A stretch of DNA of 64,000 nucleotides from Vicugna vicugna (lineage: Eukaryota). The notes under the pieces are model-generated. The model ran no database searches. It was not told the DNA's origin and worked only from the letters and a program-made list of their open reading frames with translations. Made by a program: the position numbers and the translations under genes. Of the stretch, positions 50,715-61,860 are shown one piece after another. The first letter of the stretch is position 1. Each line of letters opens with the position of its first letter. The stretch spans positions 1,326,917 through 1,390,916 of the forward strand of contig MU058418.1 of assembly GCA_013265495.1 (NCBI GenBank), written 5' to 3'.

Positions 50715-51290
50715 TTATTTCAGAATAACTTGGTGGGGGGTGGCAGAAAGGGGATTGAGTGGATGGGGATAGATATAATAATCTCTATATATGGATATAG
50801 TAAGATTGCTCTTCAGACTGGTTGATGAATAGGTACGGATTTATTGTAACATTGTTTTCTACTTTTGCATATATTTGAAACTTTCCATAAGAAAGTTTTT
50901 TTAAAAATCGAGCAAAAAATGCAAGTTGCATAACAGAAAGACAGTGTGATGCCATTTATATAAAGTTTTAAGTGCAAAGACTATTATGTATTATTTATGC
51001 ATATATACTTATATAGTAAAAATTTTTAATTTTATAAAAAAATAATAAATACTAACTTTAGGATAGTGGTTATCTCTGAGGAAGGTGGAAGAGAAGTGAA
51101 ATGAACAGGAAATAGATATACAGGGTGTTTCACCTGTATCTGTAATATTTTGTTTATTTTTTAAAAAGTTATTTGAAGCAATTACGGTAAAATACTAAGA
51201 TGTATTAAAGTTGAGCAGTGGGTACATGTGTGTTTGTTATATTCTGTGTAGTTTTTTTTCTTGTTTAAAATATATCACAATAAAAAGAAT
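50715..51290 (+). mobile_element. Two adjacent ancient L1M (L1MC/L1ME) 3' ends
   Basis: ttcagaataa...gggtacggatttattgtaacattgtttttctacttttgcatatatttgaaactttccataa, then gatgccatttatataaagtt...aggatagtggttatctctg...gggtacatgtgtgtttgttatattc...cacaataaaaag. Confidence 0.75.
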
Positions 51291-51320
51291 AATAGTGCTA
51301 TGATTCCATGTCAAGAAGTA

Positions 51321-51534
51321 ACTTTTTTAATTGGAGTATAGTCGGTTTAAATGTTACATCAGTTTCTGGTGTACAGCATAATGTTTCAGTCATACATACA
51401 TATGTTCATTTTCATATTCTTTTTCATTGTAGGTTACTATAAGATACTGAATATAGTTCCCTGTGCTATACAGTAGAAACTTGTTTATCTATTTTATACA
51501 TAGTATTTAGTACCTGAAAATCTTGAACTCCCAA
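51321..51534 (-). mobile_element. Cetartiodactyl-type L1 3' end, 5'-truncated, probable TSD
   Basis: ttttttaattggagtatagtcggttt...gtttctggtgtacagcataatg...tttcattgtaggttactataagatactgaatatagttccctgtgctatacagtag. Flanked by tcaagaagta (51311-51320) and tcaggaagta (51535-51544), 9/10 identical. Confidence 0.85.
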
Positions 51535-53829
51535 TCAGGAAGTATTTTTAGACATGTCAGGAGCCAGGCCTTGGGGGTGCTGAGCGGTGCCGTCTCTTTC
51601 TGTTGGAGATACATGACCTGAGCCGGCCTGACTTCACACTGTGGCCAGCACGGCCCCTCGTGCAGGTGTGGTGGCAAAATCCCCCAGGAGTCAGGAGATT
51701 TGGAGGTTAGGGAGTCAGTATTAAAAGCAGTTAGCTAGGGCACTGTTTTCTAGAATATGCTGACCTGTTGCCTTTATGAGAAGGGTTGGGCCAAGTCATG
51801 GAGGATGAGTTAGTTACAGTGACTTGAGTGTTTAGAGACAACAAGGAAAAGAGGGATTTTTTAAAAAGCATATCTTTTGTGTATAATTTGGCTCCCTTGA
51901 TAAGACTTCTCAGAAAAAAAAAGAAAGCTGGTTCTACTACTGATTGGTTGTCCATGTGGTAATCTTGTCAGCCTTTCCACACAAAGCAGGATTCAGCCGT
52001 GTCACCCCTCAGCCTGGCAGGCAAGCCCTCAGTCTGGGGAGTGGGAAGACCCATGGCTGGGTTCATGGCCAGCTTCCAAATGTCCCCAGCACCTCCACAT
52101 CTCCCTGCCTGCTTCTGGGGAGGAAGACTCGGAGGTGGAAGTGATCCTTGTGCCCAGGCCCCATTCTGTGTATGACTGAGTGTACTTGTAGGTGTTGGGG
52201 GCGGTGGATGTAATGCGCACACAAAACATTAACTCGATCTCGTAGGGAGCACAGATGTAAGATTCTCATTTCTGGGGTATTTCTGTTCACTGAACCTCTG
52301 AACAGGAGCTCAGTTTCCTACACTCCAGATAACTCATGTAATAGAGGGAAAGGATGAACCCAACACACCTTACAGATTAAATGTCCTGCTAACAGAGCAA
52401 AGGCCGTGTTGAGCCCACATGGGGCTGTGGAAGGGGTGCATGGGCAGGAGCCAAGCCTCTCAGAGACCCTGCTTTGAGCACCGGCTGCTGGTGTCCTAGA
52501 GTCTGAGGAGCGAGGTGACTAGAAGACCAGAGCAGCCCGTCGCCGTATGTCTTGGGAAGTGGCCTCCTCTAAATAGAGATGGACGTCACTAGGATGTGTT
52601 CTGGAAGTTTGTGAGGATGAGTGTTGGAGTGAAGGGACCTCGTGTGCCCAGTGAGAAACCACGGGAAGCAAAGACCTCTGGACTGGCCGCCATCAATGTG
52701 AACTCTGTTTCTGGGGAGGACTCACTTCACGTGCTGTGTCCATGCAGGCTCATTTGCATTCCCTGGAAGAGTTTGAGAGGTTACAAGACCCAGGCAACAT
52801 GGGCAGCCCTGCAGCTTCCTCCCAGGCAGGCCCACTGAACTGCCTCTGTTTAAATCCCAGCTGTTCTGATTGAGCAGCCCTGTAAACAGATCTGAAGACG
52901 TGACGTGCAGGAAGGGATGGGGGAGAGGTGCAGACTTCTGCAGAGGAAGAAGGTTCCTGGATGTGGGGCAGGGCTCTGCTACACTTCCTTTGCCCTTTCA
53001 TTTAATTTCCGACTTTGTCATTCTTCGATAAAGTTTTCCCCAAAGCTGACCCCCCCAAAATAAAATAAACTGAGGTATTAAAAGAACACACACAAAACTG
53101 AGAGGTTATTTTTATGTTGCCCACTTTTGTCTTCCTTAATTGCTTGGCCAGTAGTTGAGCACCACCTTGAAACAATATATTTAAATCTGACGAGTTCACG
53201 CGAGCATGTGAACCAGTAGCTTCTTGAGGTGCTGCTGGGTCCAGTGACGAAATCTAGGACACAAAGTTGGAAAGCTGGAAGCCAGCCTGGAAACTAGGCA
53301 GAGGGCTTTGTCTTAGAGTCCTGCTCTATGTGTACCTTGTTATGGATTTAAGTGTCTAACAGAATGGTTTGATTCACCTCTGAGTGTCCTCATGGATGTA
53401 CAAAAGTGTTGTTAGATGAGTTAAGCCTGTATGGGTTTACTACACATCAGACTGTTGATAAAGATCAGAATAGTTCATTTTCCTGGAGTCGTGGTTCTCT
53501 AAGGCTGCCTTTCCACTGAGACTTTCTCAGCATCTCTATTCCCAACTGAATTTTTCTGCCCCCATGGAAGTCGGCATTGTGTCCTGTTCTTTTGTCCTGG
53601 TTTTTTCTGTCTCCTCTTCAGTAGCTTTTTGGTCGACTCCTTCTTAGCTAATATTATCTCTCTTAAAAAAAGCTTTTTTTTCTCACTTCAGTTGAATGAT
53701 TGTCTAGATTTTCTGACATATTTCCAAAGGTAGGCATTTATCAAAAAAATTCTGAAGTTAATAAGAATTTGATTTGTTAAGCAAATGTAGGTCTAAATGT
53801 CAAGTCTGTAAAACAGGACAGAAAAATAA

Positions 53830-53975
53830 TGTTTTCATACTTGTAAAACAAATATACTTAGGGAAAAAATGAAAATAAAATATGCCGAACTATCAACAAT
53901 GGTTAAGTTAGTGAAGTTGGAATGTGAGTAACTTTTTACTTTGTTTTCTGACTTTTCAGTAATGTCATTTGTGTG
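53830..53975 (+). mobile_element. L1ME-type 3' end (degenerate)
   Basis: tatgccgaactatcaacaatggttaag...gttggaatgtgagtaactttttactttgttttctgacttttcagtaatg. Confidence 0.5.
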
Positions 53976-54052
53976 CTGTATTTACCCCCTGCCCCCAATC
54001 CATATGGCATTTTTAGGTGTGCAAAGTGTAAGGGAAGAGTGTGGTATATGAG

Positions 54053-54251
54053 CGGTGGTTTTCAAATGCAGTCCCAGGAGACCACAGAGATCCTCAGAGG
54101 GGCTGCAGGGCCGAGGGAAGGTCGGGGCTGTGGGAAGGGCCTCTGGGTCTTCCAACTCCCACCTGAACCAGAGTGTTGCCACTTTTACTTGCTCTGTGAT
54201 TTCACTTGGGAAAAGGATTCTTCTACTGGACATAAGGTTTGAAAACCACTG
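54053..54251 (+). mobile_element. hAT-Charlie-type MITE
   Basis: Terminal inverted repeats cggtggttttcaaa (54053-54066) and tttgaaaaccactg (ends 54251), 13/14 complementary. Subfamily not assigned. Confidence 0.7.
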
Positions 54252-54254
54252 GTA

Positions 54255-54435
54255 TAGAGGAGAACAAACCTTGGCGTCAGAACCAGGAAACCTGGGTGTG
54301 GGCCCTGGCCAGCCCTTAACCAGTAGCGTGGGGCTCTGTGCAAGTCAGTTCTGTTCTCCATGCTCTGGTGTTCCCGTCTGAAATGATGGGTTAGGGCGAG
54401 GTGGTGTCTGAAAGTCTCTTCCAGTTCTGACATTT
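54255..54435 (+). mobile_element. MIR (MIR3/MIRc-like)
   Basis: ttggcgtcagaaccaggaaacctgggt...ccttaaccagtagcgtgggctctgtgcaagtca...tctgaaatgatgggttag...tctgaaagtctcttccagttctgacatt. Confidence 0.7.
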
Positions 54436-56581
54436 CAGGACATTTTATTTAGGACTGTATTCAAGTGATGTGAAAAGTAATTTCTGGAAAGGGGGCTGTG
54501 ATTCCCAGCCTCCTCTCACTGCCCACACCTGGAGGACCAGAGACCCCTTTAGCAAGCCCCATGTTGTGGGAGTTTTGGATTTAACTTGTTTGTTTTCTAA
54601 GAGGAGCGTGTGGTTAGGACAAAGAGCAAGAGGACCCAGCGCAGTGATGTGTGTTGCAGTTTTTAAAGATGACTTGCTGGTTTAGATTAGAGGTCCAGGC
54701 TCTTTAGAAAAAGTGAACAGTAATTTCTCTCATCTTAACGTTGTTCCAAGTTAACATAGGAAAAAGGCCAGAAACGTGGCACCTTGTCCTGGCTAACGGG
54801 TCTGGGCTGTTCATTTCCAGAACCCTTTCCCACTACCATGTAGCATCATCTGCATGGCCTTAGATGAGCATGAGGAGGCTGCACACCCTCTGACACGCGG
54901 GCTGTGACAGGAAACTTTCACATTAATGGACCCAGAGGACAGGTCACCTCGGGATCTGTCCTTTCTCACTGGAGAGGCCTGGAGCCCAGGCACTGGTCTG
55001 CTCTTCTGACCTGAAGATAGGGCGTCCACCTCTCTCAGCAGCCTCAGGTGAGGCCCAGGTCCTGCTTCCTTTCACATGCAAAGCATCATCTCTTCCCCAG
55101 GACCCTCTGGGGAAGAAAAGAACACTATTGGTTGCTGTGCTATTCACGCGTTAGCTTTTTGACTTTTTGGAAGAACTCTCATCGCCGTGTATATAGAGTG
55201 TATGGTGTTGTAAATAAAATCTGAAGCTCAGTTTGTGGGTCACAGGTGCATTGGACTGAAATGTGAGAAAGCCAGATGAGACTGTCTCGTTTCTTACCAT
55301 GCTCTGCTCAGAAAGCATTCCTTGGGACAGAAAACGCTGCTTCAGCGTGAGTGCAGCGACCCCCGGTGACAGCAGCGGCAGGGGCCCTTGAGAAAGGAGC
55401 AACTGGAGCTGGACCCTGTTTCAGCCAGTTACTTAGGCACCTTCCTTTTATAGTTAATTTGAATGAATTAAGTATGAACTAGCTCTCCCTGAAAACTGTG
55501 GTGAAGTTTAAAAGGACAAATCTTGGATGATCAATGTATTGTGGTCCCAGTCCTATAGTGTAGCTATTTACCGAAGTTTTTACTTTCTAAATATTGATTG
55601 ACCAACACATTGCATGTATCCAACTGTGTCAGTTGCTCTGAGGAACAGAAAAAGTAGAAAACATACTCGTTGGGTCTACATGAGTTTACAATCTACATGA
55701 GGAGGCTGCAGCAGACAGAAAACCATACACCTGTGAGATGGAGACTGGTTCAAAACTGCAGACCACAGAAGGTGAGATAGTTATGCTTTCAAATGTGAAG
55801 TTCTTTCTTCCAGAGGCAAGCCCACAGCAGTGACCTGAATGGGCTGCAACCAGCCTTGCTGCAAGCAGTGAGCTTCGAGCTGGACTTTGAAGGAAGCGAT
55901 GGGTGTGAGGAGGAGGAGAGGTGGTGTTTCCAGAGGGATTTGTGGAAGGATGCAAGCAGATCATTTTTACTGGAGGAGAGAGGCAGAGATGATGATGTGT
56001 GTTAATAAGAAAGGCTGAGGCTTTGAAGACACGCAAGATTGCTGAGAAGCCTAGCTGTGCTGCAGTGGGCATGAAGATTGTCTTTGGCAGGAGAATTTTT
56101 CAGGTGCCATAATCTGGGCAGCAACACATATGGGCTGAATTAAAACAGAGATACTCCCTGATCCCCAGGCTGGCCCTGTGCTTCCTCACGTAGGCCTCTG
56201 TGTTAGGTCACCGGATGCTTCAATGGCAGCACACTATACTTTTATGAACACTCTGCACATATTAAATTCATAAAGATAAGCTTCATCAGTAACAAAAATG
56301 TCAGTATTTCATGTGGAAGTAATTCCATTTATCCTGATGTTTAATTTTTTTCCCATCATTTGCAGCTATGTGAACCTTTTAGCATCTGGCATATATAGCA
56401 TGTTTAGGATATTTAATTAGTTTGAGTTTTTTGATCCTTCATAATTTCATATGTACATTTAGAAGATTTGAAATTGGCTATTAATCATACAGCTCATTAA
56501 TGCCTTCCAGGCTTCCTTTCTACTATTTTGAATGGTTGTACCCACTTTTATGTTGGGTGTTTCTGTAAAGTTGATAGATCG

Positions 56582-56655
56582 CATTCACTCGTAAGTTCAT
56601 TCAACAAATATCTGTTTGGCCCTGCTATGTGCTGGGCACCGTTCTAGGCACTGAT
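56582..56655 (-). mobile_element. L2 3' terminus
   Basis: ttcattcaacaaatatctgtttggccctgctatgtgctgggcaccgttctaggcactg. Confidence 0.8.
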
Positions 56656-58499
56656 CTCCCCGTTGTTACTGATTAGAAACAAAACTCAGTATTTCAGTGT
56701 GATGGGATTGTTTTAGCTGATTTTGACTTCCTTAAGTTGCCTTTGAATTTGTTATTGATTTATTTTAAAATCATCATCAAGAGTAAAAGGCAAACACTCT
56801 TACTAATGCTATTAAAACATTTCTGAAAATGCTTTTGAAAGCAATCAAATTTGGTAAATTTGCTACATTGAGTTTTGGTAACTTGGTCTGCTTCCCTCAC
56901 CTAAGGCCCTACAGGACATCCATGAATCTACCAAGCAGTTTAAACACCTCTGGGTTAGCTGATCTCTGAAGTGCCTTACCGTTCTAAAATTCTGTCTTAA
57001 CTTCTCTGTGCCTTTTTTTCTCCCGCATTAAATAGGATGGTAATAATACTTGACTTACCAACCAGACAGAGTTGTGATGACTGCTTGATCTAGATGTAAA
57101 GTATAATTCCCTTTAATCTGTTTTTGGGCCTTCTCTTCCCTTTAGTGGCTTATTTGCCCCCATAGCAAGCAGAATGGGACCTGAGGACTGGGGAGTGCAG
57201 ACGCAGCCTTTCAAACACTGTTTTGGACAGTTGCTGGAAGAGTCATAGGTAGGACTATCTCATCCCTGTCTGGGTAGAAGGAGGTCCATTTAGTGGTCCC
57301 CAAGCTCATTCATCCCCAGCTAATGCAGCTTCAGCCCCTGTTATTGCTGTGGCTTGTTTCTAGTCCTTTGTATACAGTTGGAGCTCATTTGTAAGAATCT
57401 AGAACATAATGTATATTTCACATGATCTGATAAGTGCACCTAAAACTCCTAACTAAAGAATTTCTATGTGTTCTCCACTTCCTAATCCAAAGAGAATAAC
57501 TCATTAAATATTATGCAGGTTTTCAGACTTTCATTTCCTCACCTTTTGGGAATCTCTACAAGAACTTTACTATAGGAGGAATTTTATTTCACCCCAGTTT
57601 TTGTGTAGTGCTAGTCTACAGGGATGACTTCATTTTTCATTCATTCTCGTAATTTTACTGGGTAAACAATAGGTATCTTCTTTACCCAGGACCAACTTGA
57701 CGTTTTTGGACTTAGTCAGTGTTAAACGGTCTGAAGGCAGAAAGGATGAGGAAGGAGGAAGAGGTCGGGAAGGCTTAGGGAGGCTACCCAAGGACCCTAG
57801 CTTACTTACATGACTGGTGTTGACCACTGAGGCTGTCTCAGGTCTAGCACCCCTCTCTCAAGTACCTCAAAATGATGCGAGGTGAAAGTAAAGGCAGTGG
57901 GATTGCTAGGTCCTGAAAACAAGATGAGCAGACCTTGGAAGAAATCCACAGTTGCTCCATTTTGTTTGTATCTGTATGTTTGTTTTCCTGGCTACAGATT
58001 GAAAGGACCACTCAACAGCAATCTGACAATTTATCCTCTTCGCTTAACTTTCCTTCCTGACTAAACCGTAGAGGGAGAAGACATGTGTTTTGCTTTGCTT
58101 TGCCCCTGCCCAGCCTGTGGCAGTGGAGCCCACTGATAAAGCATGTGTTGTCTGATACCAAACTGCAGAGAGTTGCAGTGTGGAGCAGGGGCTGTAAGAC
58201 CTGACTCCAGCATAGCCTCCAGCTGTGTTTGCCCCTCAGGGCATCTCTAAGGTGAAATAATTTTCAGGGGTCCCTCTACTGATGAGTAGTGGAAAATTGC
58301 AAACTGTGCATTCTGGGATGTAACGTTCCTTAGATAGTCATTATTTTCCCAGGGTTGGAAGGACAATCCTGTGGCTGTTGTACCAGTGGAGCCCATTCAT
58401 CCATGTCCTCTGCTGGGAAAGGCCTGCATGAGACTCAAGAACAATGCCAGTCCCAGCCCATAGGCGCTGGGTCTGGTTCCCTCTCACCCCTTTCGTTGC

Positions 58500-58675
58500 G
58501 TAGTGTTTGGACTCGAGCCAGACTCCTGGAGTTCTAATCCTGGGTCCTCTATGCATAGCATGCAGTCTTGGATAGATTTTCTCAAGCTTCACTGTTCTCA
58601 TTTGCAAAAACATTACCCCTATTGTTAGAACAGTGCTTAGCACATAATAAGCACTCAATAAATGTTAGCTTTATG
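58500..58675 (+). mobile_element. MIR
   Basis: ggactcgagccagactcctggagttctaatcctgg...ctgttctcatttgcaaaa...ttagaacagtgcttagcacataataagcactcaataaatgttagct. Confidence 0.8.
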
Positions 58676-58689
58676 CTTTTGATTTATGA

Positions 58690-59320
58690 TTTATTATCCC
58701 TTGCTCGCATCTTCCCTGGCTTCTGCCCCTAGCATTCCAGATGCTGCTGTTACCAAAGTCACCAGTGTTACCTTTATTGCCAAAACTCATGGACATCTTC
58801 GCCTCCTCCTATTTCTGCACCTTTCAGCGGCGACTGCAGTCTCCTTCTGGAAGTGCTATGTTCTCACAGTCATGGTCACCTTGCCCCCCTTCTGTCTGGT
58901 GGCTCCTGTTCATTTGGGTCCTCATCCTCTACCTGACCTCATGTTGCATGATTTCAAGGAGAACATCTCAGATTCTTCTTCCTTTTTCTCTCTAGTAAAC
59001 CCATCCACTCCAATGACTTTCTTTACTTGGCTGCGCATCCTGCAGATTTAGGTCTTCCTTGACTTTCCAGTCTAAATCTTAGGTCCATCCAACCAACCCT
59101 GTTATTTTCCCTTGTGGTACCCTATTGTTTTCCTTCAGAGCACTTTTCACAGTTTGTAATTATATATGTATTTGTTTAATTACTATCTGTCCCTTATCTC
59201 CCCCTCACCCCACAAAACTGTAAAGTCTCTGAATGAGACCAGGGACCACATCTTGTTCACCGGTGTTTGTATACCTGGTGCATGGAAGGACCTCCGCAAA
59301 TACCTGTTTGAATGACTATG
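58690..59320 (+). mobile_element. L2 LINE: decayed RT segment plus 3' end
   Basis: ORF 58686..59051 reads AAVTKVTSVTFIAKTHGHLRLLLFLHLSAA, a decayed form of the L2/CR1-clade RT motif TAL.KVTND...AK..G....LILLDLSAAFD. It is followed by the L2a-like tail tttccttcagagcacttttcacagtttgtaattatat...cagggaccacatcttgttcacc...tgtttgaatga. Confidence 0.8.
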
Positions 59321-61430
59321 TGTATGTGAGGCCCCTCTACTTCTGATAGTTCCGGTGAGGCTGGAGGGAGAGGCTGCCCCTTTGTTGTTACTCCTTCGAC
59401 CTCCTGCCACCCTAGATCTACCTTCTGAGTCAGGGGAAGTCCTTTGAAATTTTGCCATTTCCCTTTTATCTCTAGTGTGGTCACCTTCAAGTGACAGCAC
59501 CCTCAATGATCAGAAGACTAACAGACGCACCAGGTGCTAGCTCTTGGGAAGTGATCAGGATGGAACATCCTGGGGGGATTGCCCAAATCCCAAAGTAAAA
59601 GGAAGTTGCGACTTGATGTAGGACATTTATACGTAAGGACAAAATGTTAGTAAACTAAAAATCACTTTGAAAAACAGCTGTTAGTCCATTAAACATTTAT
59701 TGTGATTTGGAGGGTTTTTCACTTTTTAAAGTTTCCTTGAGGGTTAAGGGTGGTTGCAGCTTAGTGAAAAAGAGTGCCCAGCCCTGTGCTGGGAGTTTCA
59801 TGGGAGACACCAGAGAGGTTGGTGGTCCTGGCCCAGTCACCTTACCCACTAGCAGAGTGTTACTGATGCCACAAGGGCCTTTTCAGAGCCAAGACTTTAT
59901 AGATTTGTTTATGAAGGAATGGACTCAACAGCATATTAAGAGGGGGTTAAAAGATGTTGGAAGGGACAGTTTAAATTCTGAAATAATCCTTTTCATCCCA
60001 CACAGGCTTGGAGAGTAACAATGCAGTATTTATCGGTGAAATGTATATAAGACATCAGTTACTAAGTCACCTCCGTTCCTCTGAGTAAATCGTCCATCTT
60101 TTCTTCTCCTGGGGATGGTTCTGTTTTCACCAACAGTCAGTGACTACATCCCAGCAAGTACTCACCTGATTGGGAATATTCATGACCAGCATGTTTCTTC
60201 TTACATTTCAATGGAATTAGGCAGCATAATTAAACATTTGTAATGCTACCCTATTGACTAGGCCTTCATAGACAACAGTTTTCAATATCCAGCCTTTAGA
60301 CATGAAAAATTGGGACAGTCATGTGGTATCTTAATGCAATAAAGTTTCTATCCTTATGTAGCATTCATTATTCAGAACATTGGAATAGCTTTGTGATAGA
60401 TTTCTTCGTTTATTCATTTCCTGATTTTTGAACATTCTTTTTAGGGATAGATAACTGACCACAGTTTGGTTCAGTGGGAGTACCGAGTTGCTTTTTTTTT
60501 CAATACTCTTGCTGGATGCTATTCCATGATGTCCAGATATGAGGCTGCTGGTTTCTTATTGGACAGCATTTTTATTTTTTGGATTAATGCTCTGAGCTTG
60601 AGTAGAGACTGGTATGTCACTGTGTCTGCCTTATTTTCCATTCATTTTATGTTGCTCCAAGTCAGAAGAGCAAGCCTTTGTCCAAGTTAGAACATTGTGT
60701 TATGTTCTAGAAATTCTTTGCTCACTGGCTGTTGAGGTTGTTTCTGATAGTTTCATGAAAGTCATCACTAAGATATGGCCTGGCATAATTCCCATGGTTG
60801 GTAGAAATATCCTTACATATTATCTTATCATAAGATCAATTCCAAGAAACTAAGACAGTGTATCTCACATGTGAGACATATGTGGAGCCATAGTTCCCAC
60901 AATTCATTTTTATATCTTGAAACCCCAAAAGTGCTTTCTCTTGCAACCCAGGTGGACCCAAAACAAGAAGTGTTAAGAGCCTCACCATAGTCCAGCCTCT
61001 TCATTTGCAAATGTGCTGAGTCCCTATCCATAGTGGCCTCCGTATCAGAACTTCGAAAACTTTAGAAGGGACCACGAGGATCACTGCTTGCCCTGACAGC
61101 CTTGTAACACAGGAAGACAGTGGCACACATGCCATCATTCATTGGAAAGCACTTGCAAAATGCCTGATGACTCATGCATCAAGTTGGGAGACAAGTCCAG
61201 AAGGGCCTCTCTTGCTCGGTGTTTCTGTTGCATTATTTCATATGCACTTGATATGATTAGAAACCTCTAATTGCCATTAATACCTGTAATTTTGTAGTCA
61301 GCTATTTTCCATTATCAAATATGCAAAAGTTGAGGGTGGTGGGGAGAGGGAGAAGGAGGGAGGGAGGTAATGTGTGTATGTAGAAGGGTGTATCAGTAAG
61401 ATTAATTCCTAAAAATAGAGTTTTGGGGTC

Positions 61431-61860
61431 TGTCAGTGAGGATTAGGTGTGCTATGGATAACAGAAAACCCAAGTTTAACAGTGAGTTATTTTCATGTAA
61501 AGGAAGCCTAGGGCAGATATGGCTGCACTTAGATGTGATGGAGGAGCCGCCGCCTCTTATATTCTGTCCCACCGTGGCAGGTGGCTTTCACCTTCAAGGT
61601 CCCCTCATGGCCCATCTAGAAGTTGGCCAACAGAAGGGACAAAAGCAGAACAAAAAGCTCTCTCATCTCAGTCAGCTGCCTCTAACCAGTCTTGCTGGAA
61701 GTTGCGCAGAATTCCCACTATCGTTGGCCCAGAACTGAGTCACATGTCCACATCTAACTTCAAGGAAGGCCGTGGAGTTTAGTCTTGTTCTTTTCTGAGC
61801 AGCCATGTGCTCAGCTAAAAATCAACATTAGTAGTAAGGAAGAAAAGGAGAAAAGGTCTA
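61431..61860 (-). mobile_element. MLT1-family (ERVL-MaLR) solo LTR, old subfamily
   Basis: Starts tgtcagtgaggattagg...gctatggataacagaaaacccaa and contains ggcccagaactgagtcacatgtccacatctaacttcaaggaaggc...tttagtctt...gcagccatgtgctcagctaaaa, typical of antisense MLT1H-L. Confidence 0.75.
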
